This document shows positions 38,470 to 52,037 of a stretch of 64,000 nt of DNA, one piece after another. The DNA lies in assembly GCA_977030845.1 (NCBI GenBank), contig OZ365111.1:5890001-5954000 (forward strand), given 5' to 3'. The DNA comes from Fimbriosthenelais zetlandica. Lineage: Eukaryota. Within the stretch, counting starts at the first letter, position 1. Each line of letters starts with the position of its first letter. A program made the position numbers and the translations under genes. A model generated the notes under the pieces. It saw only the letters and a list, made by a program, of their open reading frames with translations, had not been told where the DNA came from and ran no database searches.

Positions 38470-38900
38470 CTTGGAGAAAAGGAAGCATTTTTGGGTGATT
38501 ATCCGAAAGGAATAGATAAAGGTTCACACCTTCGATGACTATTAGTAATCCTGTAAAAATTCCATTATATCATAAATGTATACATATCGCTGAAAACTCC
38601 ATACGGAAATATATTATTTCGAAATTAACATCATTAGAAAGATTAACTAGAAGCCATTGTATAGTTTTAACATGGCATTCGCCATCCTCGAAGTTACCCA
38701 GGAAGACTGCGAAAGAGCGGACCTCGCTCCTCACCAAAGAAATGATAAAAACTAAATGAGTTGGCCTACTCTAGCAAGGAAGAAAGCCTAGGGTCCATTT
38801 GTACATTTGTACATTTCTTTGCATTATGATAAAATGGCATTCTTACTATACTATAAATCGCCAACTTTTTGTGAACATATATAGACCCCATGTGGCATGG
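38470..38900 (+). mobile_element. Decayed 3' part of a LINE ORF2 (L2/CR1-like)
   Basis: RYLG, then KLTSLERL (LERVQR-like), then KEMIK..SWPTLARKK (LxWxTLxxRR motif), in the expected order. Confidence 0.5.
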
Positions 38901-40706
38901 CTTCATGAGATTATCAGACTGCTTTCGGGGTGGTGATTTAACATGACCCAAGGTTTTATTTGGGGATATATAATGTATCTTAATAGATTACATAAACTTT
39001 GACAGCATACCTATATAAACTACATTCTGATAGATTCAGAAGTTAAATTATTTATAAACACTTTGTCATGCTCATAGATCATATATGTATAGCCTTAAAT
39101 AAGATGTAATACATGTACCTCCTCAGATTATAAGTGATTTTCTTAACATAATAATGTTAAAAGAGAATCAATGCTACATGCAGTAAAATGGGCTCATGAG
39201 GCTTATTTCCCCTTACAAGCATTAACGGATTAAACTTGCATATATATTCAATTCCAATGAAAGCTATAGCTTTATATTTAAGTTAGCATTATACACTAAG
39301 TTTTGATCTTTTGATCAGTTTTATTCTTTCGAGACCAGCGATAGTTTTTTTTTCTTAATTTCAGCATCAAATCCCAATAAGTTTAATCTGAGAAGCATTC
39401 AGTTTCATTGCGAGCTCTAAGCTTTATATATTTACTTATAGTGTCATGTCTCTTAGGCTATTCGCTACAATTATATTGTTCCATTCTTTCGCATCGTAGG
39501 AAGGCCAACGACCGTAAATATGGTTGTTGTTTTCCCTCCAGTGGATGGGCAAAGGTTCGAAGAAAAATTCCATGAATAGGTCTGCTTCCTTCCCAGGACA
39601 TAACGGTCTCAACAAATTGTCCTGCCCGATAGGCCGCTATGGGTATCATTTATGTTTAATGATCATTTATCAAATTCTAAATTCAAATATAGAATGGTTT
39701 ATTCATGTCTCTGGGTACCGTCACAATGCTTGATCGGAATTAAGGGGTCCCCTGCGAGTGTTCTCTCCAGTCGCACCTCTTCCTGTCCCCTCATTCCCCA
39801 TGCTGCCCATACTCACATGGCAAGAGTAAGAGAGGGCAAAGGAGACGACAAATCAAGCGGCAGTACAATCCTATCATTTAACCCCACCCTTGTCATTCTT
39901 TCAAAGCAATACCCTTCTACCAGCCCCACGCCAATACAGCACTTGGTATTTCTACCAAGAACTCCATCCTGAATTATTTAAAAGGTCGAATCTATTCCCC
40001 AGGAACTAAAACCCCATTTAAATGTAAATCTCCGAATTTAATACAATGAATTTCCCATTCCAGAGGGGCTCGTTTCATAACAAAGGTGTGATATAGCTTA
40101 CGCGCCAATGGTACGTCAATGGAGTAATGAGGTCCATATTTTTTTTAATAATTTTCTGGAAGAAGCCCTAGAGCTTGTTTCTACTTGGTCTCTCCTAAAC
40201 TATGTGAAACTGCATGCATTGAAATCAATCACGAAAATAGTCTCCCGACAAAGTAGTAAAAGTTGTAAAGGTTTAAAATTGCAGAGCTTTATTAGAATTC
40301 TTTTTAAACTTTTAACATTACACCGCAAATTCATAGGAACAGTTATTGCAGCAAATTCATGGCAGATGGATATTCTTTAAACTGGAAATCTTATAGAGAT
40401 TATGGCAATGAAGCTGCTTTAGTGAACAAACCGGATATTAGCTCCAGGCTTAATTACGATTGTGCATTTTTCTCTTGAAACGAGCTCCGTACAATTTTAC
40501 ACCATGTTTAACAACGTTTAAAATTATGTGAAATTCCGTTTTAAAGCAGATTCTACTTTATGTTAGCCATAATATCACCACACAATTATTTGACACTCAG
40601 CGAACATCCAGAAAGGTTTTGCAAAGTTTACAGTGTCAAACATTACATAAACAACCACTTATTAGTTAACAGACACCAGCTCTCTGCCCAGGGCTAGCTG
40701 ATCCTC

Positions 40707-40756
40707 GGGCCCGTTCAGTGCAAAATCATTGTTAATGGTTGTACTGAAAAAGGCCC
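40707..40756. mobile_element. Shortened MITE family A copy
   Basis: gggcccgttcagtgcaaa..aatggttgtactgaaaaaggccc|cag. Confidence 0.6.
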
Positions 40757-40933
40757 CAGTCCAACAAAAATTAGTAGACCGTTTGGTTCATCGGCCAGCA
40801 GTTAGAAAGAACAAAATGAATTTTTTTATTTATAATCTATGGATCAGACTTAGCCTATAATATAACGGAATGACATGTTCATGATCAAGATTTGAACTTG
40901 AAAAAGATAACACATTGTTGTGGGCTTTATCAA

Positions 40934-41230
40934 TCACGTCTGGGGCTGTGTGTGTAATTTTAGCCCATAGATGGCCCACTTACACATCTGGGGCTGTGTG
41001 TGGAATTTAAGTCTATGGATGCATGGCCCACTTACATATCTGGGGCTGTGTGTGTAATTTTTGCCCATGGATGCATGGCCCACTTACACATCTGGGGCTG
41101 TGTGTGTAATTTTTGCCCATGGATGCATGGCCCACTTACACATCTGGGGAGCCCTGTGTGTGTAATTTAAACTCATGGATGACCCACATCCACCTCTACA
41201 CGTCTGGGGTCGGCCACTTACAAGACTGGG
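40934..41230. repeat. ~52-bp minisatellite, ~5.5 units
   Basis: ctgggg unit starts at 40940, 40988, 41040, 41092, 41144 and 41204; unit ctggggctgtgtgtgtaatttttgcccatggatgcatggcccacttacacat. Confidence 0.92.
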
Positions 41231-42015
41231 TCTACACTTCCATGGCTGACGACTGAGAGGAGCAGCTTTGCAACCATGATTAATGGGAGGTTATGGGAAT
41301 GGCCATGTGTATTAATTGTCTTCATGATAGGCTTATCACGCACTATGCGTTTATCACCATCTCTTACAAGTATCCTGGAAGGAGAACTGCCAATAACTCC
41401 CGGAGATAAAAAGAAGCTAGCATTCTAGGAAACCGGGCATAGGAGATAAGGTCCTTTCCTACCAACAGAAATGCAACATTCTCTTCACCGGTGTATATCT
41501 ATGTAGTAAGTAGGTCCAACTAACCACATAGTGGGCAAGTTTCCCAGCCCAGAATTGCTTTACTTCACTCCGCACATGTAGGCCTATAGCTATAGGTAGG
41601 CACCCGCTGCATGCACCTCCATCACAACTGCCAAAGGAATGCCATCTCCCCGCTTGGTAAGGCGATATCAAACCAGGAACGAACCCGACATCTGACGCAG
41701 GGTCAAACAGACTCGCGATCTGGATTCTGATCCCATTACCTGGGTATAAGTCATAGCCTGGATGCTGGTCACATAAGGTCCGCAAAATAGCAGCCAATAT
41801 AGGACATAGTAATCTCACTATTTCCCCCACAACTTATAGCACCATCTCTCCTGGCGAAGCTGATTTAAAATGGGGGGTAATCCTGGCGGACAGTAGATGT
41901 CAATTACTATAGCAAGTCTCACTGATTTATTCACACATCTTCTATTCGGAAAGAGCTTTTTGAAAAATTTGCATTATTTGCTTACCGTGTCCTGGAAGTT
42001 TAATTTAAAAGCCAT

Positions 42016-42230
42016 TTAAAAGCTCAAAAGAAATGTTAAACGAATTAAAGCCAGAATCTTAAAACTGATCTTTAAAGTTCTTTCTAAGTGTACACATGTT
42101 AAAAACTCAAAAGAAATGTTAAACGAATTAAAGCCAGAATCTTAAAACTGATCTTTAAAGTTCTTTCTAATTTTACACATGTTAAAAGCTCAAAAGAAAT
42201 GTTAAACGAATTAAAGCCAAAATCCTAAAA
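42016..42230. repeat. 83-bp AT-rich tandem repeat, ~2.6 units
   Basis: ctcaaaagaaatgttaaacgaattaaagcc at 42023, 42106 and 42189. Confidence 0.92.
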
Positions 42231-43350
42231 TAATACATAAAATGTACTTAAGATTTGTAAGCCTGTTTCTTTAACAATATTTTGTTTTAAAGTCTGTCAA
42301 AGTTATTTGCACTTTGACCTCCTTAAGAGTTTTTGGGTGAACGTAATGCCACGTAACACACATGATTGCTTGTCATAAATGATCCATATGTTTGCAAAAT
42401 CCTCTCCCCTTCCTTCGCTACCCACGCTCTAAATGCAATCCTTATCAAGAAACGCTGAAAACATAAGGGAAGACAGCTGTCCAATTGTGGCATTCACATC
42501 GCTGTTTACAGATGTCAAACCCAGCAATTCTCCACCATGACCTGCCTGAACCCATGTTCATTTACCATGAAACCCGGCCCGAGTCAAATAATCAATATTT
42601 GTGTCACCACATCGTCTTGAAAAAGGGCAGGGTTTTCGGGCGCAATTTCCTGACAAATTTAACCAAGAACTAAATATACACACAGACGTCAGTCCAGTAC
42701 GTTCTATTCAGCTGCCAGAATGACTTTTCTGGACGACTTGTTATGCCGAAGAAGAGGAAGTCATCTCCTTAGGAGAGACCATCCTCTGCTATTATTATTA
42801 AATATGGTCTATTGCTATATGGAGTCTGACCTTCTCAATAGTACGAGCCAGTGAACCAAAGCTTAAGAGACCAATGCAGTAAATCATTGGTCTTTGACCA
42901 TACATACTATACTTTCACCAAATGCACTTTCCCATTCCATAAGGACATAATTGAACAGCATTGCCCGGAAACAAGGCTTGCCTTTAAATGGACTGACTTT
43001 AAATGGGTATAAATAAGATGGAACAATCCATAAACTAACATTACCATCCCAAAACTAAGGCTTCCTGTAAGAGAAATGTCTCTGATATCATAGGGAATCT
43101 TGCAATATATAATTATTATAGGCCGGGAATGTGACATGCTTTTCACATATAGTGAATTTTAGTGCTATTTTAGCGCTATCCTACTCACAGCACTCTGATG
43201 GGAAAGAGGATGTACAAAGGCGTGTGAAAAATAAATGTTATCTAATCAAGTTGAGCTACATTTAACCAATGTTAAGTCTATTGATACAATGGACGGTACA
43301 TATGTCTGAAATAGGTCCCTGGTGCCTGTTATATAACTATAGGACATCTG

Positions 43351-43643
43351 GGGACTCTTTGGAAAAAGGAATATTAGCAATGCTACTTAATAGCCTATGG
43401 CTAAAGCCGGGACTCCACTGCTGCGATTTTGCTTGCGACACGTCTGCGACAAAGGTACGTGATGCTTGTGTTTCAATGATAAATTTATCATTGGAGAACG
43501 GCCTTAAGGCCTTAGACACTTGAACCACAATTTATAAATTTTATTCCTACACAACTTCACAAGCATCACCTTTGTCGCAGTAGTGTCGCAAGCAAAATCG
43601 CAGCAGTGGAGTCAAGGCTTTATATTCCTTTTGAAACAGGCTC
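43351..43643. mobile_element. MITE family A2 host interrupted by a family B insertion
   Basis: CTG|gggactctttggaaaaaggaatattagcaatgct..ctatggc[B]tattccttttgaaacaggctc|CTG. Confidence 0.75.
43405..43619. mobile_element. MITE family B nested in family A2
   Basis: TAA|AGCCGGGACTCCACTG...CAGTGGAGTCAAGGCT|TTA, with a small internal insertion (gtac). Confidence 0.9.
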
Positions 43644-43996
43644 CTGTAGTAACTGTTTCTTGTATATTTCTAGCTATACTACAATACGAATGGAAAGGAG
43701 AAGGGCCTTATTATGGTGAATTAACTGTTTTATGTTCCCTTTTTAAATCGGCCCAGAAACAATCATTCTTAAAGAGAGTCCAGTACAATGATTCAAACCG
43801 TCGATTGCCATGGGAATTTAACCCTCCATTGGGATGGCTGCAAGTGCTCCTAAGCATAACATCAAATGGCACTATTTCAGGCGGTAGCCTATTGGTTATT
43901 GTTCCCATGGGTCCATTTCAGAAGAAAGATGCGCCACATTAACACATGAGTATTGGTTGATGTTGCACATGATTGTTAGGAAACATGCCCGACCTG

Positions 43997-44063
43997 GGGC
44001 CAAATTCAAAAGACAAATTAGCAATGCTAAGTCTACGGCTAATTTTTGTTTTGGAATGGGCTC
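43997..44063. mobile_element. MITE family A2
   Basis: gggccaaattcaaaag..ttagcaatgctaagtctacggctaatt..ttttggaatgggctc. Confidence 0.7.
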
Positions 44064-44187
44064 CCCGGTTCACCGATGCAAATATTAAACTGTAATTCAG
44101 TCATGGAACTCGATCCTGCCTTTTAGATTCTGTTGTCTTAAATGAAGACAACCAAAGCCAGAAATGGAAAGATGATGTATTGAACTC

Positions 44188-44264
44188 GGACCTGTTTCAA
44201 AAGGAACATTAGCCAAGCCCATGCATGCTAATTCTATGGCTAATATACGTTTAGGTACAGGCTC
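44188..44264. mobile_element. MITE family A2
   Basis: ggacctgtttcaaaaggaacattagc..ctatggctaatatacgttt..acaggctc. Confidence 0.7.
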
Positions 44265-45190
44265 CACTGGAGCAACTACTTGGTAAATCAAAATCTTGTT
44301 TCATAAACCATTCACTCTTCAGTGACTGGAATCACTTTTCCTTCTGAAACAACTGCCCTATGAGGTAACTAACTCAGCTGGTTTCTTACTTCTGGAATGG
44401 TAAGTACGGTACTAAACTAGGTATTTTCCCAACGAAACTTTTAAACTTCCAGTTATTTAAAGATATTTCATTTCACAAAACTCAATATAATATGGATATA
44501 AATTTACGAAGATTAAGAGGGTTTTTAGAAAAAAATAAATTAACCGACTTGAATCTTAATTAATATGACATATCTACAGCCAAAATCTGCAAGAATCAGT
44601 ATTATATCATTAATGAATTCGAAGAAGGGCCATCCGTAGTTTCAAAAATTAATTATATTGTTCCAAATGCATAACAGATCTCTACTGCCTTTCATAAGAA
44701 GCCATCACAGCAGAGATATGAAGTTTGAAATTCAATATTCCTAGTGCTGCGCTCTTAATCAAAATGGCTAACCATGCAGATATGCCATCAGTGCTAAAAA
44801 TAAAAGCGATGTTTCCAGTTTAATCAGTCGTGGATCCAGAAGGATGTTCTCGAGAAAGAAAAAATATCTCCCAAAATAACATATCAAGGACCACCAGGAA
44901 GGAGTCCTCCTAACCTCAACCCAGAACAATTAGTGATACTTTAAAACAATATATTTTTCTCAGAGAGATGTGTCCAGTGGATCATAGTTCCATAGACTTA
45001 CAGTCAATAGACAGTGAATTAGTCCGATGTGATAAACAGGCAGTTTATCCTATGAGAGTGGTGTATATTCAAACACTTGCCGAAGTGTAACCACTAACAA
45101 TAGAGGTACCAAAATTATGGTGGTTAGTCATAATTAAATAAAGTACTTATATCCTAACTTTCAATAATATTCGCAATGGCAATGGTATAT

Positions 45191-45256
45191 AGTTGATCCG
45201 AAACTACAGTATATATAAGTATGGTGGTTTCAGATCAACTTAGAGCGAACAGACTG
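45191..45256. mobile_element. MITE family G, left-truncated
   Basis: gttgatccgaaactacagta..atggtggtttcagatcaactt..cagactg|ta; matches 59867-59951. Confidence 0.6.
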
Positions 45257-45920
45257 TAGAGGATTTTAGAAGTATAGCGGATTTTTACTATCTATCTTAA
45301 AAGATAGATGAGCCAATAATATAAAGATGGATCATACATATTACTTGAAACACCCACGGCCGATGGATTGATTGATTCATATATAAGCTTTAACCAACTC
45401 TTGTACTGTGTTCTGAATGAGCTAGATTGGCATCAAGACACATGTACATATTGAAATTTAGTGTACATTCCCACTAATATCGGCATCAAACCACAGTAAA
45501 AGTGGCACATGAGTGTTTGTTTTTTGGTTTGTTTGTTGTTTTTTGGGGGGGTTTTTTTTTGGGGGGGGGGGATATGCGGAAAATTATCAATGCTAAGCCT
45601 ATGGCTAATTTTTTTCGAAACAGGCAACTGAAGTCTTAAGCCTATTTAGTCTACGGCTAAGGAATTTTGGGAGACAAAACAATGGAATCAGAAAGGAACA
45701 TTGAACGTCTGTGTGTAGACAACAACTCATTAGCCTATATGAGAGGGAGTGCATGAGGTTTGTGATCTTTCTGACCTGCCTTGATCAAAAGCTGCACCTC
45801 CTGACATCCCTCCAGCCAGCGCTCAGAGGACGCCGGTCAAAACCCCATCACAACCAATTGGGGCGAAATAAAATGTATACTGAGACATATCAAAGCCTCG
45901 CCCTCAGTCACCCCTAATAA

Positions 45921-46119
45921 GCCTGGCTCACATAGAGGCGATTCTCCAAGCGATAGCAGCGCCAAACTAGATTTCTAGTCACACCCAATGCTTGTAATTT
46001 TAACCTTCCTTTACATTTAGTGAGGGCTAACCAATGACCAAATTACAAGCATTGTGTGTGACTAGAAATACAGTTTCGCTCAGCTATCGCTTGGACAATC
46101 GCCTATATGTGCCCCAGGC
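45921..46119. mobile_element. MITE family D (~200 bp, ~80-bp TIRs)
   Basis: Left arm gcctggctcacata.aggcgatt.tccaagcgatagc..atttctagtcacac.caatgcttgtaatt mirrors the right arm at roughly 85% identity. Confidence 0.88.
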
Positions 46120-46995
46120 CAGACTAGGTTGCACAGGAAAGAGGACGATAACGGCCAGGATGGAGGATCAATTCAAGGGTCAGTTTTCAGTATCAAAAGC
46201 AGGGATCCTTTAATCTTGTCTCCCGATTTAAAGCAATCCAACACGTTGCAATCACAAGTGCAAGTATAACAATTTCTACTTAAAGAGATATCTTTGAAAT
46301 AGACAGATCGGGGTTGGGGTGGTTATCTGAGTTTGTGCAGGAACTGCTTGGTGGCAAATTGGTTGGATTAGTCAACTGTCTCACATGCAGTAAGATGCTG
46401 AGGTCAAGTTCTTTGGGTTTAAAGATTGCTGAGGCATTTATTTCAATACAATTTCATTGGTGAGAATTAATTGTTTGGCTCGAGAAACAATAAACTATGT
46501 ACGGTACAAGTTACGTAAGGCAACACTCCAAAATTCTGCTTGGGACTGAAGTACTAATAGTTTTTTTTCATGAGATGAATACTTTTTTAAGAAAAAGGGA
46601 GAATAAAGATCAAATTGCTATAAATATATCGCTTATGGACCTGCTTTTACTTCAATGTACTGATTTATGGAGTCCTTTTTTATATATTACAACCTAAAGT
46701 ATATAGAAAATGGATATTTCTACTCGATCCCATGCACTGCCCACAACAACTATGTAATGACCCTCCGAGCCTGACTGTGCCAGTAAATTGTAGGTGCACG
46801 GGTGGAACCGACAATCATCTGATATGGCCTTACATCTCCTGCTTAGAGTAAAGAAGTAGGCCAAGGGACAACTAAATGGGTAACAGGATACCTCCATGAA
46901 ACATTCAAAGTCTTGCTACCAGAACTACGCTTAGAACATCCATTAGAGGAAAAATTCACTTCTCTGAAGGACGGCATACAAAAAATATTACTTAC

Positions 46996-47025
46996 AACTC
47001 TCGGATAGAGCTGTTAATCTCTGGT
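46996..47025 (-). other. Candidate 30-nt exon
   Basis: ttccattccaactttcag|ACCAGAG...GAGTT|gtaagt; open in phases 1 and 2; no homology recognised. Confidence 0.25.
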
Positions 47026-47599
47026 CTGAAAGTTGGAATGGAATAAATTGCCAGGAAATCTGGGCCTTCAATGGATGTGACATCTAGGATTGTGACTGTA
47101 ATCCCAAGATAATAAAAATCCTGAAAGTGGCATCGTCAAAACGATTTGATTGGCGTCCAGGCTTAAAATCTGTCCCTGTCCATAGATTTAGATCATGGAT
47201 GTTTTGAGGAAAAGGGAATACTATTTGCTTTTACGAGTAATCAAACAGATTAAAAGCACTCGGCCTCAGGTGACATGTACTGTGTTGTCTTTGTTTTAAT
47301 GCATAGCCTATATATATATATACATGTATAATTATACCGATAATGTAAAAAAGAAACAAGCTTGGTCCAACTGAATGGATTTCAACTCAAGAAAGAATTT
47401 CCTTCCATCGTTAACATGATTCTGGATAGAAAATAGAAATTTATCTTTCGGCCATCAATCGCATTTGACCAGACAAAAAAAATTCATTTTTCTGTAGAAA
47501 GGTTACAAATACTGTGGTAAGCAGCCCTCCGAACAGAACGATAATAAAATGGTTGATACAAATTACATGAGTTTGTTACCATAGTGCATGAAAAAACCT

Positions 47600-48400
47600 T
47601 TGCACCAACAGATGGAAATTATGACATGATAAATATATACCCAATGCAACAATGACCATGGCTGGCCAGAAATCATGGTGATCTGAATTATTCGTCCATA
47701 AACTAAAAGTGGAGCACAAGATTGAGATGCCATCGCTGCAAGATATCGTGGCATTCTCCAATTTGTGTCTCACGTGTGGAACTACTTGGGAGCATGCGGG
47801 AGCATTTTGCTACAAATCCTGGAGATCAGTTCATGACACCCAGGCCACGTGTAACAGGCACAATTTTATGGCCCCCACACTCAGAAGGGTCAGATCCTTA
47901 ATAAGTGCCAGGACGAGGGAAGATAATTTGTTTTAAAAGGAAGCCTCGCCTACAGGACTTAATGAATCCCTTCGAAATTGCCCGTCCAGTGACAAGAATC
48001 CTTGCCATTTGGGGCTATATATGTAGCATCAGGCAAATTAATCTGTGCCGCAAGGGCATCTGGCCCAGTGACACATATCCAGTCAGGAACAGAGGAAATA
48101 CAGAGGACATCCCCCTCCGGATTACAAGGAAGACATACAGAAGCATTTCTCATTCTCACAGAAAGTGAGAAATGACAAATGAGTAACAAAGAAAAAAGAA
48201 TGTCCCTTGAAGAGGTAAATGGCACAAATCCAAACAGATATAGGTCTGCAGACTTCTGCTGGAGATTATGCGATGGAATTTTGTTTACTGTAAGGCCCAT
48301 GAAACGTAAAATACATAATATTATAGCAAGAATATACAGAAAGATCTGTTCGATAAATAGGATTTGGCCTAAAGGTACTAGTTTGGTAAGCAGAAATTCG
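47600..48400 (-). mobile_element. Decayed LINE reverse-transcriptase C-terminal half
   Basis: Minus strand KSYLSNRSF (strong RT motif), then QTYI.LDL, GTY*G (KYLG position) and TRGLGVMN, in order. Confidence 0.55.
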
Positions 48401-51059
48401 CGAGGGATGGGTTTCTGCAACGCACGCATTGATTGTATACATGAGGTCGTCCAATAAGTTTTGAAATAACATTTAAAATAAAATTAATACAACTTAAAAT
48501 TATAACTTTAATAAAGATGACTTATACAGAGAAGTCTCATACGAATATAATTAGTTATTCTGTATAGCATTTGAGTTCTGAAAGGCGTCCGACGGTGAAG
48601 AATTCTCTGGAGATGGTCGGGGTGAGAATTCTCCAGGGGAAATCCCGTGGGGTAGAGAGGGCACAAAACAGATACCACATCTTTCCCAGGGAGACTTCAA
48701 TGCCTGAAGAAGAGAAATGTCTGTTTTTTGTCGAGACCTCAGTTGAGGGGACTTAGTTAAGTAAAGTATATCAAACACTATATGTTGTTGCATAAAACAT
48801 TTTGAATAAACATATGTGTGCGGGTGAAACCTCATAATGTATACAGTTCCCGTCTGTAGTATATACATTGCCTAGGGCATTTTCGGGCTTCATTTTCCCC
48901 GTGTGAATTGTGTAAAAAAGTTCTATTATATTTAGAGCTCTTATTCTCAGGGCCATTATTCTTAGGCCCTATCACAAATCCACTTTTATTATGTTGGACA
49001 TGTCTTCATGAGGTGCTAAATCACATGGATGCCTTCACCAGAGCCTTGGGGCCCCATGGGGATTGGTGTACCTGTTGAACTACATGATACAAAATGAACG
49101 AAAACCTGCAATCAAATCCCCAAAAGTAAAGTTGGATGCGAGGTTGAAAAAGAAAGATTTCTGCACACAAACGTATAGCAAAACTGCTATCATATGATGT
49201 ACAAAACAGATTCTTACTTCCATTTCATGAAAAACACTGTAGGAAATCTTTCTTCTAAAAAAAGATAATCTTAAGTTCTGGTCTGTTTCTATCACCCCAT
49301 GGCACGCATCCACAATTAAGTGTTCTATAATAGCACTCCTTCAGTGGAAAGAAACAAGTTCCATCCTTGCCATTCTGAATTTCTGAGCCCGGTATATGCT
49401 GGCCAGAAGACCCCCTTGGACAGGTTGTCAGTTAGGGTGATATCCCATGTAATCTGGTCGAGGACACCATACTGGCCTGTATCACTGGTCGAGACACCCC
49501 CACAAAGGGTTCATAAGTCACATCCTCACATCAAAGGCTCCAGTCCTCACAGGGGTTATGTGAATTACCTATCAGTGTATACAAGGCTGTAGGAATTATC
49601 GTGTTGTTTTTTATCTTCACTAGGCAGGCCTTGACAACGAAGGCAGCGTTCTTCCGGCCGTGTGTTTTGAAGCAAGGTTTTAACTGAAGTTCACAAATAG
49701 AAAAGCCAGGGTACCTTTTTGTTAAAGCACTCTTTTCTTAATGCTCTCAACAGTCAAAATCATACCAGAAAACATACAAATAATCAAATGTTAGGTGTAA
49801 TTGAGATCAAAAGTGAAAGAAGCAATTGAGCATGGAGTGCTAAAAATACAATGATGGCCATTAGTATGCTACAATGGTGAACTGTACAAAATTAACTGAG
49901 TACTGAGAGTGATGGAACTTTGCAAATTTGCATGTTCCACTCCGACTAGATCTAGGGCTTTCGTGTTAAGGAACTTCTCACCTCAACTCCATAGATTTCT
50001 AGCCAGGACACAGTCCTCAGATCTTGTCTTATCTCTCGGCATTTTCTCAACAAGACATCTTTACCATGGGCTTCCTTTTAATTTTTTGTGTAGATTTGAG
50101 GCCCTTTGGCTCAGATGAATAGAGCTAACATTTGTGAAGTGGTAAAAACGTCTGTAATGTTGATAATTCACCAATGATTTTTAGCATCAGCTCTTCGTCA
50201 TGACTGCCTTTCCCTCTCAAAGATCTAATGCCCTGTGAAATCAAATCATTCCAGTGAAGCCACAGATGAAGCAGATTCCTTATACTTTATCTTCAGGGCC
50301 AAATGCTGAACGAGCACCTAAAGGGGTCCACATTATAGACATCTATAATATAGGACATACTCTAGCTCTAGTCAGAGTGACAGACTTCATAGGGAGGATC
50401 TGTGATCCAAGTGTCATATAACTTCACATCTTTCACATCCATTTTTAAAGTGTTAGGATGCAGTAATTTCCAGAGAGATTGAAATGCCACTGAAACATGG
50501 TGTTCAATGCCCCCTTTTAATGTGAAAATCCCATCTACGCCTCCTATTCAGAAGGGGTATATAGAGAACTCGAGACTCTGGGCATTTGCGTAGAGAGCTC
50601 CCCACTAGACACTTCCTGGTCAAAGGTATGTGGAGGTTGTATACAACCTGCCCGAGGCTCTAATATAAGTGGAATTTCCTGCTGTAGAACATATGTTCTG
50701 CAATAGCATGCAACTCATGCAGAGAAGTTTGAAGGGGGAAAGATCTAAGACCGGATACTTCCAGTGTGCACATCTTTACATTAAAAAAAAGAATTGTTAT
50801 GAATGGGAAACTATACATAAGTCTGTCATAAATGTAGATAATTATATGTCTGCATGTGGCTGGATAGTATACATTTAGTTGCATGCCACCTAGACCGATT
50901 ATGTTGAGCTGAAGCTCACAAAAATGTTTCTATATTATTGACAAGGAACCTATAGGCATTTAAACAAACTAAGCATCTTATTATAGCAAAAGTTTGAGGG
51001 TTTTGTTCATGGAAAGTTAGGCAAGGAGTCTTTTCAGCCGGACACAATTCAGAACTCCA

Positions 51060-51413
51060 GAGGATCTATAGGTGCTCCAGAATGTGCCGCATTCTGTTTA
51101 GACGGGGCAGTGCAAAGGATAAGACCTTGCGACACTCTGATCCCAAAATGTGGACACTGAGGCAACTTGAGCATGAATCTCTTGTCTAAATATTCCATTG
51201 GTAGACAGTGTATCCATGCGCGCATCCATCCTCCTGTGCTGAGGTCTTCGGTAAATAGGAACCGGACTCAAAGGCAGTGCAGGAGGATAAAACAACAAGC
51301 CGAGGGCCAAACAGGCAGGGCTGAAATGATTCCAACCATCTCTGGCACAATGAATGCAGCAGGCAAACTCTTCCACAAAGTCCAGCAACTTCTATAGCCA
51401 TGGAGCTGGATTA
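51060..51413 (-). pseudogene. Coding-like exon with an in-frame stop, identity unknown
   Basis: ttgtttcag| acceptor, then IQLHGYRSCWTLWKSLPAAFIVPEMVGIISALPVWPSACCFILLHCL*VRFLFTEDLSTGGWMRAWIHCLPMEYLDKRF; elevated GC. Confidence 0.25.
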
Positions 51414-51965
51414 CTGAAACAAATTCCGCTCAGCTGCATTAGGGTTTCCTTTTTGATCGATGTTATTTGAAAAAAGAGGGAAAAAGAGTTCCAATATAAT
51501 CAATCTGATGATCCTTTGGTACAAACCGGCTTAGCTCTGGGCTTGAGGAAGGCTTTCATCTTGTCTCTTTTTCCTATTTTTTTAACACACCGTTTGTTTT
51601 TCAAAAAGTGGCCTCTACTCTGGGGTTAATTTTTAGTTTTCCTTCCTAACATGTGTTACTCGTTGCAGCGCCTGTTATGTTGACATAACAAATGCGATGG
51701 TTTTTGCATTATCAAAGCACTTTGTCTTTGCCTGTGGTTATGTTTACAGAGCTTCAATCTCCATATTGCCTATAGTGTTGTGCTCTCAGAAATGGATTCA
51801 GTCGGGCTGATGAAATACGTATGTACGCATCACAAATCGTTCTGACCGACGAAAACCAGTGTATATACATGCAGTCGCGACAGTCAACCATTTGTATAAT
51901 GTGAGATATCATTTCTGGGCTCTTGCATACTGTGTTTTTGAGCAGCTTTCTTGGCAATCTTCAAA

Positions 51966-51969
<4 letters not shown>

Positions 51970-52036
<67 letters not shown>
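51970..52036. repeat. (AT)n microsatellite, ~33 units
   Basis: Uninterrupted TA run. Confidence 0.98.

Positions 52037-52037
<1 letters not shown>

Noticed and set aside
39811-39970. Minus-strand exon (cag|GATGGAG...CAT|gtgagt)
   Set aside because: Splice signals are present, but the open frame is unrecognisable and lies in a repeat-textured island; insufficient support.
40934-41230. CRISPR-like array
   Set aside because: Whole units repeat with no unique spacers, there are no cas genes, and the context is eukaryotic; it is a minisatellite.
47959-48429. 156-aa minus-strand ORF as a gene
   Set aside because: It overlaps the decayed RT fragment in a different frame.
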